Assembly (NCBI GenBank): GCA_010015805.1
Contig: ML978121.1
Location: forward strand, 3,286,001-3,350,000
DNA length: 64,000 nucleotides
Direction: 5' to 3'
Origin: Rhizodiscina lignyota
Lineage: Eukaryota
Part shown: in pieces, positions 12,310-25,046 of the stretch
Position numbering within the stretch: the stretch's first letter is position 1
Layout: the number at the start of each line of letters is the position of its first letter
Position numbers and translations under genes: made by a program
The notes under the pieces: model-generated
Told to the model about the DNA's origin: nothing
What the model saw: only the letters and a program-made list of their open reading frames with translations
Database searches by the model: none

Positions 12310-13098
12310 CTTGCGCACCCCCCCTCTACTTGTACCATCTTACTGCTCCTGCTGATAGTGCGGCGGAACCAATCTCCAAGAACGCGGAGGAGGGCTGGGA
12401 AGCGTTGAGAAACGATAGGCAGTGGCGTAACTGGTCACGCAAGTACAAGTACGTCCGCTGTGGTAGTACCTAGTCCCAGAGAGGCTAGCTTCTTTCCGAA
12501 TTGCGGAAACACGGTGATGATTTCAATGACTTTCACGGGACATGCACGGTTTGAATACCTCGGAATCATAGCAAGCGCGTCTGGCGCTTGCAATGGCCCA
12601 ATTTAGGGCTTAGATAAACGGAACTTCTTCACAGATTCAAATTGTTACTGCTTCAACGTGATTGATGGTGGTGGAGACGTTGACTATCCTGTTCGAAGGG
12701 CCCCAATCGAACCTTCGATATTGCTGCGAAGCCATTCGGGGATGCGTGTCTGGTTGACATGGAGTTGTCAATACTCAGTCATCAAAATTAAACCCGAAGC
12801 CCACAATGCGGATCTTCTATGAAGTCGTAAGCCAGAGTCGGACAAACCTACAGCGATAATGGAATCTTCCGAGCAGAGAGCAAAGGCCTAGAAACAGTCG
12901 TAAGATACATGGCGAGAGAGTCCAGGCATTTCAACAGTTTGTCGTACAGCACCATACACTTCAATGACATCCAGACTATCGGTGTATGAGTTTGCAGCTT
13001 GCGCATGGGATAACTATAAAGTTGGTATCGTGTGTCTCCAAACGTCTGATATCACAATATGCATGAACGAAAGGGAATATATGCTGTACAGCGCACAA

Positions 13099-16000
13099 TC
13101 AAGCCGGTGACCCACACCGTGTGCAAACCAAATGATGGCCGCCATGTACCACCCTGGCCCGGAAACTCACGCTCCCGCACCTCTTGCACTTCAATTCGCC
13201 TTCGCCTTCGCTGTGGCCTTCGCCTTTCTTCTTTTTGGGATCGCCCGCGCCGTCCTCCGCGCCACTGGTCCCGCCGCTTGCTTCCCCACTGCTCTCTCTT
13301 TCGCTGCTCAGCTGGCTCACCGCGCTGAGTGATGGCATCAACTCCGTCCCTGGAGTTGGCGGGTGTGACGACGGCTTGAGTAGGTGTCCACCGCCGAAGC
13401 TTGTTGGCTGGCCGGTGGCCGGATCAGGGACATCGGCGGATGGGGAGGCGGTACGGCTGCCCGATGTGTTCCAGAAGATGTACGAATGGCCAGATTGGAG
13501 CCACAAAGGATTAGAGTCGCCTTTCACCGGTTGTGGACGCTGCTCTGCGCCATCACCGCCGTTGCCGTTTGTGGAATTTAGGTCTTCGTGACTCACCATC
13601 TCCGGTGACTCTGTGAGTGTGAGGGGGACAGAAGTGGCGAGCGGTGATAGCGCCGTTGGCGTCGTGGCATCGGAGCTCATTAAGCTAGCTGACAGTGGTG
13701 CAGGCTCGAACCCTCTGCCACCACGCATCTGCGGTGATGTCGGCGTCGGTGCGGTGATGCTGAGATCTGGGGAGCTCATGATCGTGGGCGGCGGCGTGCC
13801 AGAACGGTTTATGCTCAATGCGTTGCGGAGGCTGCTTTTACTCTCGACTTGCCCGAGGGCGCTGGTTGACACACTTCCATTACCGAATGACTTCCGCGGA
13901 CTCATGCTACGATTTCGATTCCCCTTGGCGACTGCCGCACGCAAGGCGAGGGAGCTGGTCTCCAGGCTCCCTGTACTCGCAGCTGCAGATCCCGTGCCGG
14001 CGATGCTCTGTCGCCAGCTAAGAATCCGCTCACCAGGAGGCTGTGTTGTCGTGCTGTTAGCTCTTGAACGGCTGCTTGCCACGCTGCCTGCGACGCTATT
14101 TCGACTTGCGACTGTTGCAGAGCGACCGATTCGGCCACCGCCAACGCTGCTCGTTAGACGACGCGAGGTGCGGGAGAATACGGAGGCCGCGTCGCTCCAT
14201 AAGTCAGACTTGCGTTTGCCGTATGCGCAGTCCTGTCTGAAGACTTTGATGTTCCCTGCATAATCAGCGGTAACAATGATGTTTCCACCCATGTGCGCCG
14301 TCCTGGCCAGATACGCGGGGCTTTCTTCTGCACGCTTGAACGTACCATTGCCTTCGGCAGTAGCAGGCGTTGGTTGAACACTGCTGTCCCCATTGCGATC
14401 TGGAGGTTCACCACTTGGTGCAGGGCCAGAAGCATTGGATCCTGTTCTTATCGATTCAGAGCGTGAGATCAGCGTGACCGGGGGTGGGTTGCAGAGATCG
14501 AACACCGGGTCTTCACTTGCGCTGAGTACCATACGTGTCTTCCTTGGTGCCAGGATTGCTCCCGTCGTCATAGTGTTGTGGGCTTCAAATACCTCCATAG
14601 GTCTTTGCTTCTCCCCTTCCTGTGTCGCACCAGTGCTCCATATGTACGTTTTGCGATCTTCCGATCCGCTGATAACAAATCGCGAGTCGTCGGAGAAGCT
14701 GGCGCGTATTTGCGACGCCATGTTCTTGTGGCCCTTGAACTTCATTTCTAGGCTCTTGTCCCGGAAGTTGTAGAGCCGTATTCGTGAGTCGTTACTTGAT
14801 ATAAGCAACTTGACGTCTCGTCTTAAGCTGCTTGTCGGTGAGTAAGGAAGGTTGTGTCCGCTACCCTTACTCGAGCTGCTTCCAAACCGATCGTCTCCCC
14901 AATTGGTGGCCTGGATACTTGTGATTTTTGCTGGTTTCGCATTGCGTCCGGAGGACTTGATATTGATCTGAGTTTTAAACTTCAGCCCATCGGTATCATA
15001 GAAGGAACATGTACCACCCATTGTCCCAGCAATGGCGGTCTTGCCATCTGGAGTGAATGCGACGGCAGTGATGATTTCCGTCAGCTGATTCCAGTATGCC
15101 ACAGACTTATCCGGAATGCTCCATAATCTCAGTTTCGTGTCGAGGCTCCCCGCAAGAAAGAAGCGGTCATCGCGCGGATGGAACTGGATACTGGGGCAGT
15201 ACTCGGCGTGTTTGAAAGTGACCAGACATTCGTTCCGAGAAACGTGCCATAATCTCACGGTCTTGTCAAAGGATGACGAGAGCAAGAAGTTGTTCTTGCT
15301 CCAGCTAATGTCGATGACCGTGGATGTGTGCCCCTCATACTCTCGCAGCGGGTTCCTTCTGAAGACTGGTGCGCTCAGGTGTTGAGCAGCGTTTCCATCA
15401 GTATTCCCGTTGGCTGCCTCCTCGTCTTTCTCATGCATTCGCCTCTCCTCGCGTGACGAAAGAACGCCCCAGACGCGCACAATCTTGTCCTGGCCCGCGG
15501 CCGCGAGATATTTCCCGTCCTTGCTAAACTCCAATGCCCAAATCGCATCGGTTCCGGAGTCAGCGTCAGACTTTATCCTGCCCAGGCCACTTTTCGCAGA
15601 GTCCACTGTCGCAACGTTCCCAAGATCGCTGCTCTTTGTTCTCTCTATAATGGTGTCGCCACCAGCGCTCTTCGGTCGTATTCGCCCCTTCCTCAGCTCT
15701 TGCGCAAGAAAGACTCGGTCAAAGTCCCTGTCCTTCTTGAACTTCGCCCTGAACTTGATATATCCAGGCGGTTGAGGGTGTCTCGGGCTGAAGCCAACAT
15801 TATCCGCCGAGTGGGAGAACAACTGAGCGTCCATCCCCTCGGGTCTGAAGTCCGCAGTCTCATCGTCGTCTTCGTCAATCGCAAGGTCGCTCCGATTTTT
15901 CGATTTATTGGGCGCGAGGATGCGGCTCAGGAACGACACACCTTTTCTGATTTTCAAATTGCGGAGTCAGCCGGAGGAAAGGATTACCCAGACCCAAATA

Positions 16001-16425
16001 AGAGAGTGACATGAGATGGGGGCGATATTGGAGTGTACGCGGCATTGGAATGGAAATGACTTCGCAAACTACGCACTTCTTCTCCTGTTTGCTTGATGTG
16101 GACGTTTCTGTCCATTGCCGTTGCAGCGAATCCTTCGCGTCAGGCGCGGCAGACTCGTTCGTCGGGACCGGCGCAATTGTTGGCGAGGGTTCTGTAGGGG
16201 ACCGAAGTTTCTGAGATGATGATTGGAGCGTGGTCGTGCGTTGTATCATCTATGAAATGCGCAGGAGGATCAGTGGCAGCCCGACAAAGTATCAAGTTCA
16301 GGATGACCTACCTGCGGCTTCTTCTCCTCAGTGTCTGCTCCTTCCGCACCTTGCTCTCCAGACTCGCGCTTCGCGGTCGGTACCTGGCTTTGAGCCTGCG
16401 AGCTATTGCTCAGGAATGATCTCAT
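13099..16425 (-). CDS. WD40-repeat protein, WDR44/YMR102C/DGR2-like, with C-terminal CxxC...CxxC motif
   Basis: 952-aa main exon with IWALEFSKDGKYLAAAGQD, FLLSSSFDKTVRLWH, HPRDDRFFLAGSLD, SNDSRIRLY. The short 5' exons up to ATG 16425 are inferred and less certain. Confidence 0.88.
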
Positions 16426-17413
16426 GATTGTGTGTATCTCTCTTCTTCAAGTTTCGTTTGGTGGAGGTTCAAGTTCGTGGTGAAATGGCGCGTTGTGACC
16501 ATCACGCGTGCATTGTACAGTGTTATTTCGGAGTCGCCGGCGTTGCGCGCATTTCGCCCTGAGGGCTCGGCTCTATGTTCGCATGAAAGTGTTGCACTGT
16601 CTTCAGCTTCGGGATAGGGGTTCTATGTGTTCGAGGTAAGCTCGGGCTGGTATGGCTCGTATTTAGGGTGTCGCGCAAGTCGCGGATCTAAGGAGAGGTG
16701 TCCATCGAGGGCGGACTTTAGCATGCGACTGGATGCGATTGCCCGCGCTTGGTATTTTTTGGTTATAAGGAAAGTTTCCAAGGCGCAATGAGTGTGGGAC
16801 TGGTGTTCAAGGCCCCAAGCGATCGGTAATAATAGAATGCTTGAGCTGGTGGTGCCTTGGAGCGTGCAGTGAGATCGGCATGAGGAGAACGTCACTCTGC
16901 GCTTCCCGATAAATTTAAGGTTGGCCGTTAACGGCAATCGTCCCATCCACATTTCTGGCAGCAGACACAGCGACAATCCAGCACAACGAAAGAACAATAA
17001 GAAAGGCTCTTACTATCACTCGCATTACTGGTTTCCCTCGAATATTGTCCTGAACTTCTCACATTGGGGTTGTTTTACTGTTATCTACGATTCTCTCTAT
17101 GCTAAACAACCGTGCGTAGGAGCTCAGCATGCGAGTCATTCCTCAGCGTCGGCAGATAGCCAAACATCGAGCACGCAATGGTACAGGGTGATGTATGCTT
17201 CAATTGCGTGCAGACCATTATCCTAATGCCTAACCAACACTAACGCATTTACAAAGACTCCGAGTCTCGTTGTGGTATCCTTTTGCCGTCTCATGAGTTG
17301 AATGTGAAATGGAACCAATATCGTACTCCCGTCTTCATCCGGATGAGAGAAGAATGATGAACGCCGCCCAACCATGCACGTTACAGAGGAAATTGAAATG
17401 ATATGCAAACCAC

Positions 17414-18843
17414 CTAAAAGTCCTCATTGAAGTTGAAATCGCCGCCGTTGAGCTTCGGAGATTCAGGCTTTGATGTTGCCTCACTCTTGTCACCGTCCTG
17501 CTTCTTAACGCTAGCCATGACGCCGGCTTTCTGGTAGTCGCCAACACGCTTCTCAAAAAAGTTCGTCTTGCCTGCCAGGGAGATGTTCTCCATGAAGTCG
17601 AAGGGGTTGGTGGCGTGGTAAACCTTGCTCAAGCCCAGCGCAAGGAGCAGGCGGTCGGCAACAAACTCAATGTACTGGCACATGAGATCCGAGTTCATGC
17701 CGAGCAGCTTTACTGGCAATGCTTCTGTCAGGAACTCTTGCTCTATTGTGACGGCCTCTGTGACGATCTTCTTGACTGCCTCTTCCGATGGCTTGCTCTT
17801 AATGTGGGAGTACAACAGGCAGGCGAAGTCTGTATGCATGCCCTCGTCACGAGAGATGAGTTCATTCGAGAAGGTAAGGCCAGGCATGAGTCCACGTTTC
17901 TTCAGCCAGAAGATGGAAGCGAAAGAGCCACTGAAGAAGACTCCTTCGACGACAGCGAACGCAACCAGACGCATCGCGAATGTTGAATTATCGTCAGTTA
18001 TCCAACGCAGAGCCCAATCAGCCTTCTTTCGGATACATGGGACTATGGTGTGTTAGTGGACATTATGAACCGTCATGGGAACAGACGTACTGTTATCGAT
18101 GGCATTGAAGAGGTAATTTCTTTGCTTCGGTTCACTTATATAAGTGTCGATCAGCAGCGAGTATGTTTCCGAATGGATGTTCTCCATCATGATCTGGAAG
18201 CCATAGAAGCAGCGCGCCTCTGGTATCTGCACCTCGCCGCTGAATCTCTCCACCAGATTCTCGTTGACGATACCATCCGACGCGGCAAAGAAGGCAAGGA
18301 TGTGGGAGACGAAGAATCGCTCGTCGTTGTTGAGGCGTCTGTTCCAGTCGTGAAGGTCCTTCGACAAGTCGATCTCCTCAGCAGTCCAGAACGATGCTTC
18401 AGCCTTCTTGTACATCTGCCATATCTATACAAGTGGTTAGCGCTTGGACCCACTTTACGCGTTCTTCGTGACGCGTCGAGGATTGAAATAACAAACCTCG
18501 TGATACTTTATTGGGAAGAGAACGAAGCGTTGAGGATTCTCTTGCAGCAATGGCTCATCTGCCTCTTCTTCCTTGATCGTTGATGCGACATTCGGCTTCG
18601 ACACGCACACCTCTGGTTCGGGGACATCGAACTCGGGAATCCCCACGATAGGGACAGCGACCTCGCAGTTCTCCTTGTTCGCAGGGCTGAAGTCAAGCTT
18701 CTTTGCAGGTGAGTCGTTCATCTTGAGGCCCTCAATGGCAGCTGCAGCCTGGATAGAAGAGTACCAGTCAGTACAAAGCGCGTCTGATGCGCGTGGCGAC
18801 GACGGCAACGAACCTTTTTCGACGGCGTGATTTGGGTAGTCAT
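17414..18843 (-). CDS. RNR2: Ribonucleoside-diphosphate reductase small subunit
   Basis: [60 protein letters not shown]-terminal FNFNEDF. Introns 18813-18749, 18496-18425, 18090-18043. Confidence 0.97.
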
Positions 18844-18892
18844 TGTGTGGTAGAACGTTCAATTGCTAAGCAATGCAGTGCTCGCAAGATGA

Positions 18893-19214
18893 ACGCGTGG
18901 AGGGGGGATGTAGTGGTTAAGAGAGTGGTGTAGAGAGCTGTTGTTTGGGAAAATAGAGATGTACCTGCAGACGCGTCGTTTTTAATGGGTGGGCGGTATC
19001 ACGTGCGCGGACGTGAACGGACGTGACGCCATTGCGCTTTCGGCGCGTCGCGAGGCAGCAAAGCGCGTTTTCTCGTATTCCCAGCCATCTTCACAACATC
19101 CCGCGCCCCTGTTTAAGGAACTTGTACGGAGAGGTATGTTACATGTATGCATGGTTTGTTCAATTAAGACCCATTTAAATATGTCCGCGGTATCAAGCTT
19201 ATTAGCCTACGCGT
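18893..19214. promoter_or_regulatory. MCB (ACGCGT) elements upstream of RNR2
   Basis: Exact ACGCGT at 18893, 18971 and 19209, plus CGCG variants near 19043-19068. MBF control of RNR genes is established in fungi. Confidence 0.6.
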
Positions 19215-19740
19215 GAAGGTTGAGCTTTCATTTAATTATTCGCGGAAGGTCAACTTGCAACTTGCGACTTGCGCACACAGACTGGACTTTGCCTCAATTC
19301 ATTAAATTTTGTCTACTCCTAGCTTGCGCACGAAGGTCCAGCTTTGATTGAACTACTCTGTATAACAGATTGCGATCATGGAGCCACCCGTCTTGTACTG
19401 CTGAGAGATCCTCTTGCTGGTACGGACGTTCTGAGGCTTTAGTGGCGCTAAATATAGCTAACCTAAAGTAGTAAGTAGCCCTCAAGCTAAGCTAATCGCT
19501 GTGAGCCCTAGTACTATTTGGTGGCCTAGGCCTCTATGGAGTCACAGAGTATGATCACAATCTACTGTGTGTGCGGCCGCTCAATGCGCTAGTCAGAAAA
19601 CCAAGGTATTTCAACTACAATACGGAATGCAAATGCATACAAAGGAAAGCCATTTCATGGGAATCGTGTCTTTCAGGATATCTCCCATAGTCGTCCTGTC
19701 TTCTCCTTGCGATCGTCCACTCATCGCAATCTTTTTATCA

Positions 19741-20513
19741 TCATTTACGGGTTCGTCGAAATTCAGCTATTGTCTCTATCGAAAGCTTTTCCCCGATCTG
19801 ATACATCGCATCTCTCCATGCTTGATCGTCTTTGTAGAACCGCTTGCCTTCTTCTGTGCGCTGCCACTTCTCAAGCTCGATTGCGGCGTCGGTGCCGGTG
19901 CGCCTGTCGATTCCAACAGCCTCGCATATGGTGGGCCAAAACTCTGCAACACAATCCGAACGTCCCATAAAACTAACTTCGTGGCACTCCTCCACCTCCT
20001 GTTTGAGTGGCCCATGCAATCCGCCGCAAATGACCGGCTCGCCGTCGAAGTCGATAGAGCTTGGCCATCTGTATCCCGCCAGTTTCAAGTAGACGTCTTC
20101 CTTGCAATACGCCTCAAGGTATGGCTCATATTCCCACTTTTGTCCTTTTCCCTCACTTGCAGATTCAACCCGAGTAACCGAGGGAGACGCATCACGAGTC
20201 AAGAGCCCGGCTTTGTTTAGGACAACCAAGAGTTGGGTAAGTGGTTTTTCGTCAACCTTCATACGACCACCCCAAGTAGCAATGTGTTCAATATGTCCTT
20301 CAAGCCACTTGATGTTCATTATTGTCAAGTCCTCAAAGCTCTTCGGGTAGCGAGGGTCCTCGGGCAGGATATCGGTATACTTGATACCAGTATGCTCACC
20401 GATGTCGTAGTCTGTGCTGCTTTCATTGCTCTTTTGATCAATGTTAGCGTTTCGGCGACGAACATAAAGACTGCTGTATGTCTTACGTTATGAAATAGGT
20501 CTACGTCCTCCAT
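19741..20513 (-). CDS. Hypothetical protein
   Basis: A short first exon MEDVDLFHN, then an intron (GTAAGA...GCTAAC...AG), then an open frame through 19741. No recognised domain. Confidence 0.55.
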
Positions 20514-21298
20514 TTGGACAAAAGAATTAATCTTGACAGTATCCCATAGCGGAATGGCTCGCAAATCTGGCTGACACTGGGGACCTAGGCCTGATGGGCT
20601 ATTCAGGTCTCCCAACCTCGATGAACTGAGGTACAATGATATCACTTTCTTGCTGGAGGGCTCTCTAGATGCTCTATCGGATCCACACTGGCAGTTAAGG
20701 ACTTGTGCTGAGGGAGATTGGTGAGAATATATAGCCGACGGGGTAGGAACTTCTGAGGTGACTGGAAGACCAAAGCAAACATTTTCGAAGCTTAGCCTGT
20801 CAAGGCCCCGGCGTGACAGCTTGTTGAAATCATACGATCCAGGGCTTTCCGGTGATTAGAACAAGGAACCGAAGCTAGCACGACGTCGTTAAGAGGCGCT
20901 GCGTACTACTGTGCCACAACTAACCCCTCCGCATTCGATTGTACGACTCTGAGGCTTCGAAGCTGATTCAGGAATACACTAACTTAGACAAGACCCAATC
21001 GCAGTACAAGAATGGATCTAAATAAACTGCGATGGTGACGGTTCGCAAGAAGATATTAACACAGGTGACCGAAGAATCGCTAAAGGAGAAGGCCACGCGA
21101 CCAAAAACCTTCAGAGAACGCCAACATAATGCGAACGGCAAGGGACATTGACAAGATCAACGTGATACATCAACCGCAGATACTCTTTATCTGTGACAGT
21201 GCGCTGGTGTCTATCGCCTGTGTAACGATGCCAGTGCGTTACTTCCCAGTGTCTCTATGCTCTTTCAGCTCTGATCTCGGTTAGGCTTCCAGTGGATT

Positions 21299-22865
21299 CT
21301 ACATCGCCTCCAGTTTAGCCAGGCTCTCTTTGATCAACCCGTCGATCCTCTCAATCGGTTCGTACTTCTTGTACGACGTCGCCAGCTTCGCCCCCGTCTC
21401 CTTGTAACTCGGTGTCAATATAATTTTATCGACTGCTTCCTGGATCTCATTCGGGGGGACAGCTGTCTTCCCGATATAGATACCGATGCCGGACCACTCA
21501 GCGATTGGCCCGGTATGCTGTTTATCTTGGGCCTCGCCGGCAAGGACCATTGGGACACCGTTGCGTAGAGCATGCTGTACGGTGCCATAGCCGGCACTGC
21601 TCACCAAAACGTCGACCTGCAAGCAAAATCAGCATGTTGAAATGCACTAGATGTTGTCGGGGTCAAGACTGGAGGTAGAAAATGGAAGTGAGACTTACGT
21701 GTGGTAGGAACTCATTCATTGGAATGAATTTCGCCACGCGAGCATTTGAGGGGATTTCGAAGTTGAGGGTACTCGGATCAAAGTTGACAAGGGCAGCGAC
21801 CACGAAGACATCATCACGGTTCCGAAACGCCTCTATAGTAGGTAGAACCAAGCTCGTCGGGTCGAAGTCCATGCTGCTGGCTGACGCAGCGATAATGGTC
21901 TTGCCAGATTTCTTCGCTTCGAGGACGTCGTCCCACCATACTGGCAGAGATTGGTTCTCAACCCCAACTGTTGTGGTCATGCCGATGAATTCGACACGAT
22001 GATCCCAGTCAGGCCTGTCATATTCAAACTCTGGAATCGCCATGGCCAACCAAATATCGTTGAAGTCAGAAATAAGATCACCCCATCTGCCAGGAGAGGC
22101 TATCGCTCCGAGTTGTTGATACACCTTGCCAACCTCATACTTCAAGGTCCTGAACATATACTCTTTATCTTGTTCCTGTTGGGCGGCCCAATGTTTCTCA
22201 AACGCATCTGGTCCTGTGTCCGGATTCTTTCCCGAACGGAACGGGTACGTGTAATTGCTTGCGCGGAGGATAGGATGAATACCTATCGCCATATCGACAT
22301 GCGGGCGAAAGCCAGGCGCACCGAGGTAAGATGGACCACCCGCGAGAAACGAGGAATCATGGAGGTAAATCGTCCGGATGTCGTTCAAATCTCGTAGGGT
22401 CCGTTGGAAGGTTCGGCGCCAGCCTGCGAGTGCCTTAGCGAAGATGACATTGATCGCAAACGTCTCCCTCTCCTCCTCGTCTTCGATCTCCATCATCTTC
22501 GCCATATCCTCGGGCGCCATCAACTCGGTCTGATGTCCTTCCAGCTGGACATACTTAGCGCCAGTTCTTTCGACTTGATCCTTGAATGCTTCGTTCGACA
22601 TGAAAGTCACTGGGTAGCCGAGTTTGACGAGACCTTCTGCGAGTGTGGCCACTTTCTCAACGTGAGACCAGGCAGGCATAGCAGCCATAAGAACGGGTGG
22701 CTTTCCAGACGGGTTGCTTGCGGGACATTTGCCGGCATCTTTGCTACTGAAGATGTTCGAAAGTGTTTGCTGGGTTCGTGCGCTCCATCCAGAGAGGCCT
22801 TGGACGAAAGCAAAAACTATCAGAGGAAGAGCACTAAGAACAAGAAATAGGTTAAGGCGCAACAT
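21299..22865 (-). CDS. UDP-glycosyltransferase, family GT1, with N-terminal hydrophobic anchor
   Basis: PAWSH catalytic-His region, WWDDV, and FIPMNEFLPH|VDVLVSSAGYGTVQHAL..GVPMV.AGEAQDK (PSPG-like box). One intron at about 21697-21617. Confidence 0.9.
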
Positions 22866-25046
22866 ATTGACCGCTGTGGTCAATCGAGAGGCAACACCGA
22901 AAGAATAGGAAAAGAGAGTGAGAATGCTTATGAAGATTTGGGTTTTGGAGGTATGTACTTATTTTTGAAAATGTGCATCGCTTATCTTGATACTCCCTTT
23001 CAGCGCGGCGAACTACTCTTCATCGTGCCGGAGAAATGTTCGAGTAAATTTTAGGAAGAGCCTCTACCGAGTAATCAGCAGCTACCTGCTGCCCTTTCCA
23101 TGCGTGGAGATTGGCATACTGGTTATGGGATCCATGGACTAATGGCATCCTTGTGGGAGAAGTGAAGACGAGGCGCTGAGCTGAGCTCGAAACAATATCT
23201 AAAAGGGGACTCTGCTCAAATCCTTAAGGCTTGGATAACTGGCCGAAGCCATAATGTCAGCCAAACGATCCATGCTTCGGCCCGCGCCAGCTGAATTCTC
23301 GACCGTCGGGCTCTTGTCCTGTTCCTTGAGAGGCTTAGGTACGTACCACATCCTGAACGCCTTGAGTCTACGTACCGCAAGGGTGAATACGGAATGATTT
23401 CAGTTTATTTTGCGTCAACCTGAGCGGAGTGTCTTCCGCCAAGGGTAAAACACCACTGTAGACGACCACGCCGTGGTCAGCATTGCGCACGCTTGCTGGT
23501 GGCTTGCGGGGTTCATTTACATACCTACTCATAGGCGTAGAAATGATTTGTCGAAATAACGTATTGGGAGTGCTCAAACTCATCGTACGACGGACCACGT
23601 GGCCCACGCTCACCACCGCGGCCGCCCCTGGTGCTGCTGTACTTACTGTTGTAGGTGCCGAAGGATTTTGAGACTGCAACGTGGAAGTTGCCAAAAGTCT
23701 GCAGAGGGCCTGTGAGGTATCGTTGGCGATAATAGCTTAGTCATAGCTGCTTGACCAGAGACATTGAAAGCTGAGTGTTTCCCGAGTTCAAACGTGGTAT
23801 TATTCGTTTTTGAAGAGTCGCTACGCACATGTAAGCCGCCTGTCAGATTAATCCACTCGCATCTCATACCCTTTTGAAGAAACGCAAAAGATCAGGTCAG
23901 AGATTTAGCGAGGCACCGAACGGCAGCCAACATATGTATAGCCTCTGTGCAGCAGAAATATCATGAAGATTTGATGGCGATTGGCGACCAGCGGCAGACG
24001 GTGTTAGAGATCTTACGTTTGACAAAGCAATTTATCAGGAACAAGAACAACGCACGAGTACCAAAATCATTCAGCACTAACCGCTCACGTAGACCGCAGA
24101 CCGCTCCAGCAACCGGACTCTATAGAATATAGATTGTGGCATAGCTATCACGGAAATGAGAATGAACACACACGGTTTGATCTGCCCTCTAACTATTTTG
24201 GGCTATAGTTAATCTCTTCTCTTCCTCCTCATCGGATCGTAAGGCGGTCAAGGGGCGGCTTTATGCGAGTCACGACCTTCTACTAGATCCATCTCGAATC
24301 TCGCCTAAGATGTTGTCCAGACCTCCATCTTCTTGGACCGCAGATGTCCATTAACTTCGTTTTGTTAAAGAAGCAGCCATGTCCTCAGCCTTGAAGATTG
24401 CGTCCTATTCAGGGTATTTCGACTTTTGGAAGTAGGGGTCTTACATAAGTTCAGGGCGGATGGCCTATCAAGCCGAAGTTTGCGACGTGAGAAGAGACGA
24501 CGACATGTCTCGACCCTTCAGGGACGATGTATGTCTTCACAGACTATTGAGTCTGACGCGCGCAAAGATTGGGTCTAGCACAATGCTTTTATCACTTCTG
24601 TTGCGCTGGCCGGCTTGGATTTCAAGAACAAGGACTGATATCTCCCCGCACGGACTCACCGTTCCCCCATGTGAGCTCTTTCAGCCAGACAATGTACTGA
24701 TAGTATATCATGAAAGTCAGCTACTTCTCGAAATCCTGCTAACTCTAGCCTATTCTACTAGAGCAGCACAGGAAGTTGTTAGTCTAGAAGAAAGTCCAGT
24801 AGAATCATGTGTTATCGAGATCGCGTAGTCATTGCTCATACCAGGTTCAAGAAGCATTTCCCCCTCAAGGCTGGATGTAAACGAGTGTTCCTCCTCAAAG
24901 CTACCGAGAACATCTCGAAAAACCTGTTTCAATGTCTTCAGTGTTGAGTATTGTTTCTTAGTAATACGAAGCTCCACCGAGCATTAGTTCTGTGAAAACA
25001 AGAGAGTGTACAGGCTTTTATCTGACATCTCGTAGCCATTGCCTAA

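Noticed and set aside
13132..16014. Long antisense ORFs over the WD40 gene (similar ones overlap RNR2, the UGT, RLP24 and GH17)
   Set aside because: Shadow ORFs expected from codon bias of the real gene on the opposite strand.
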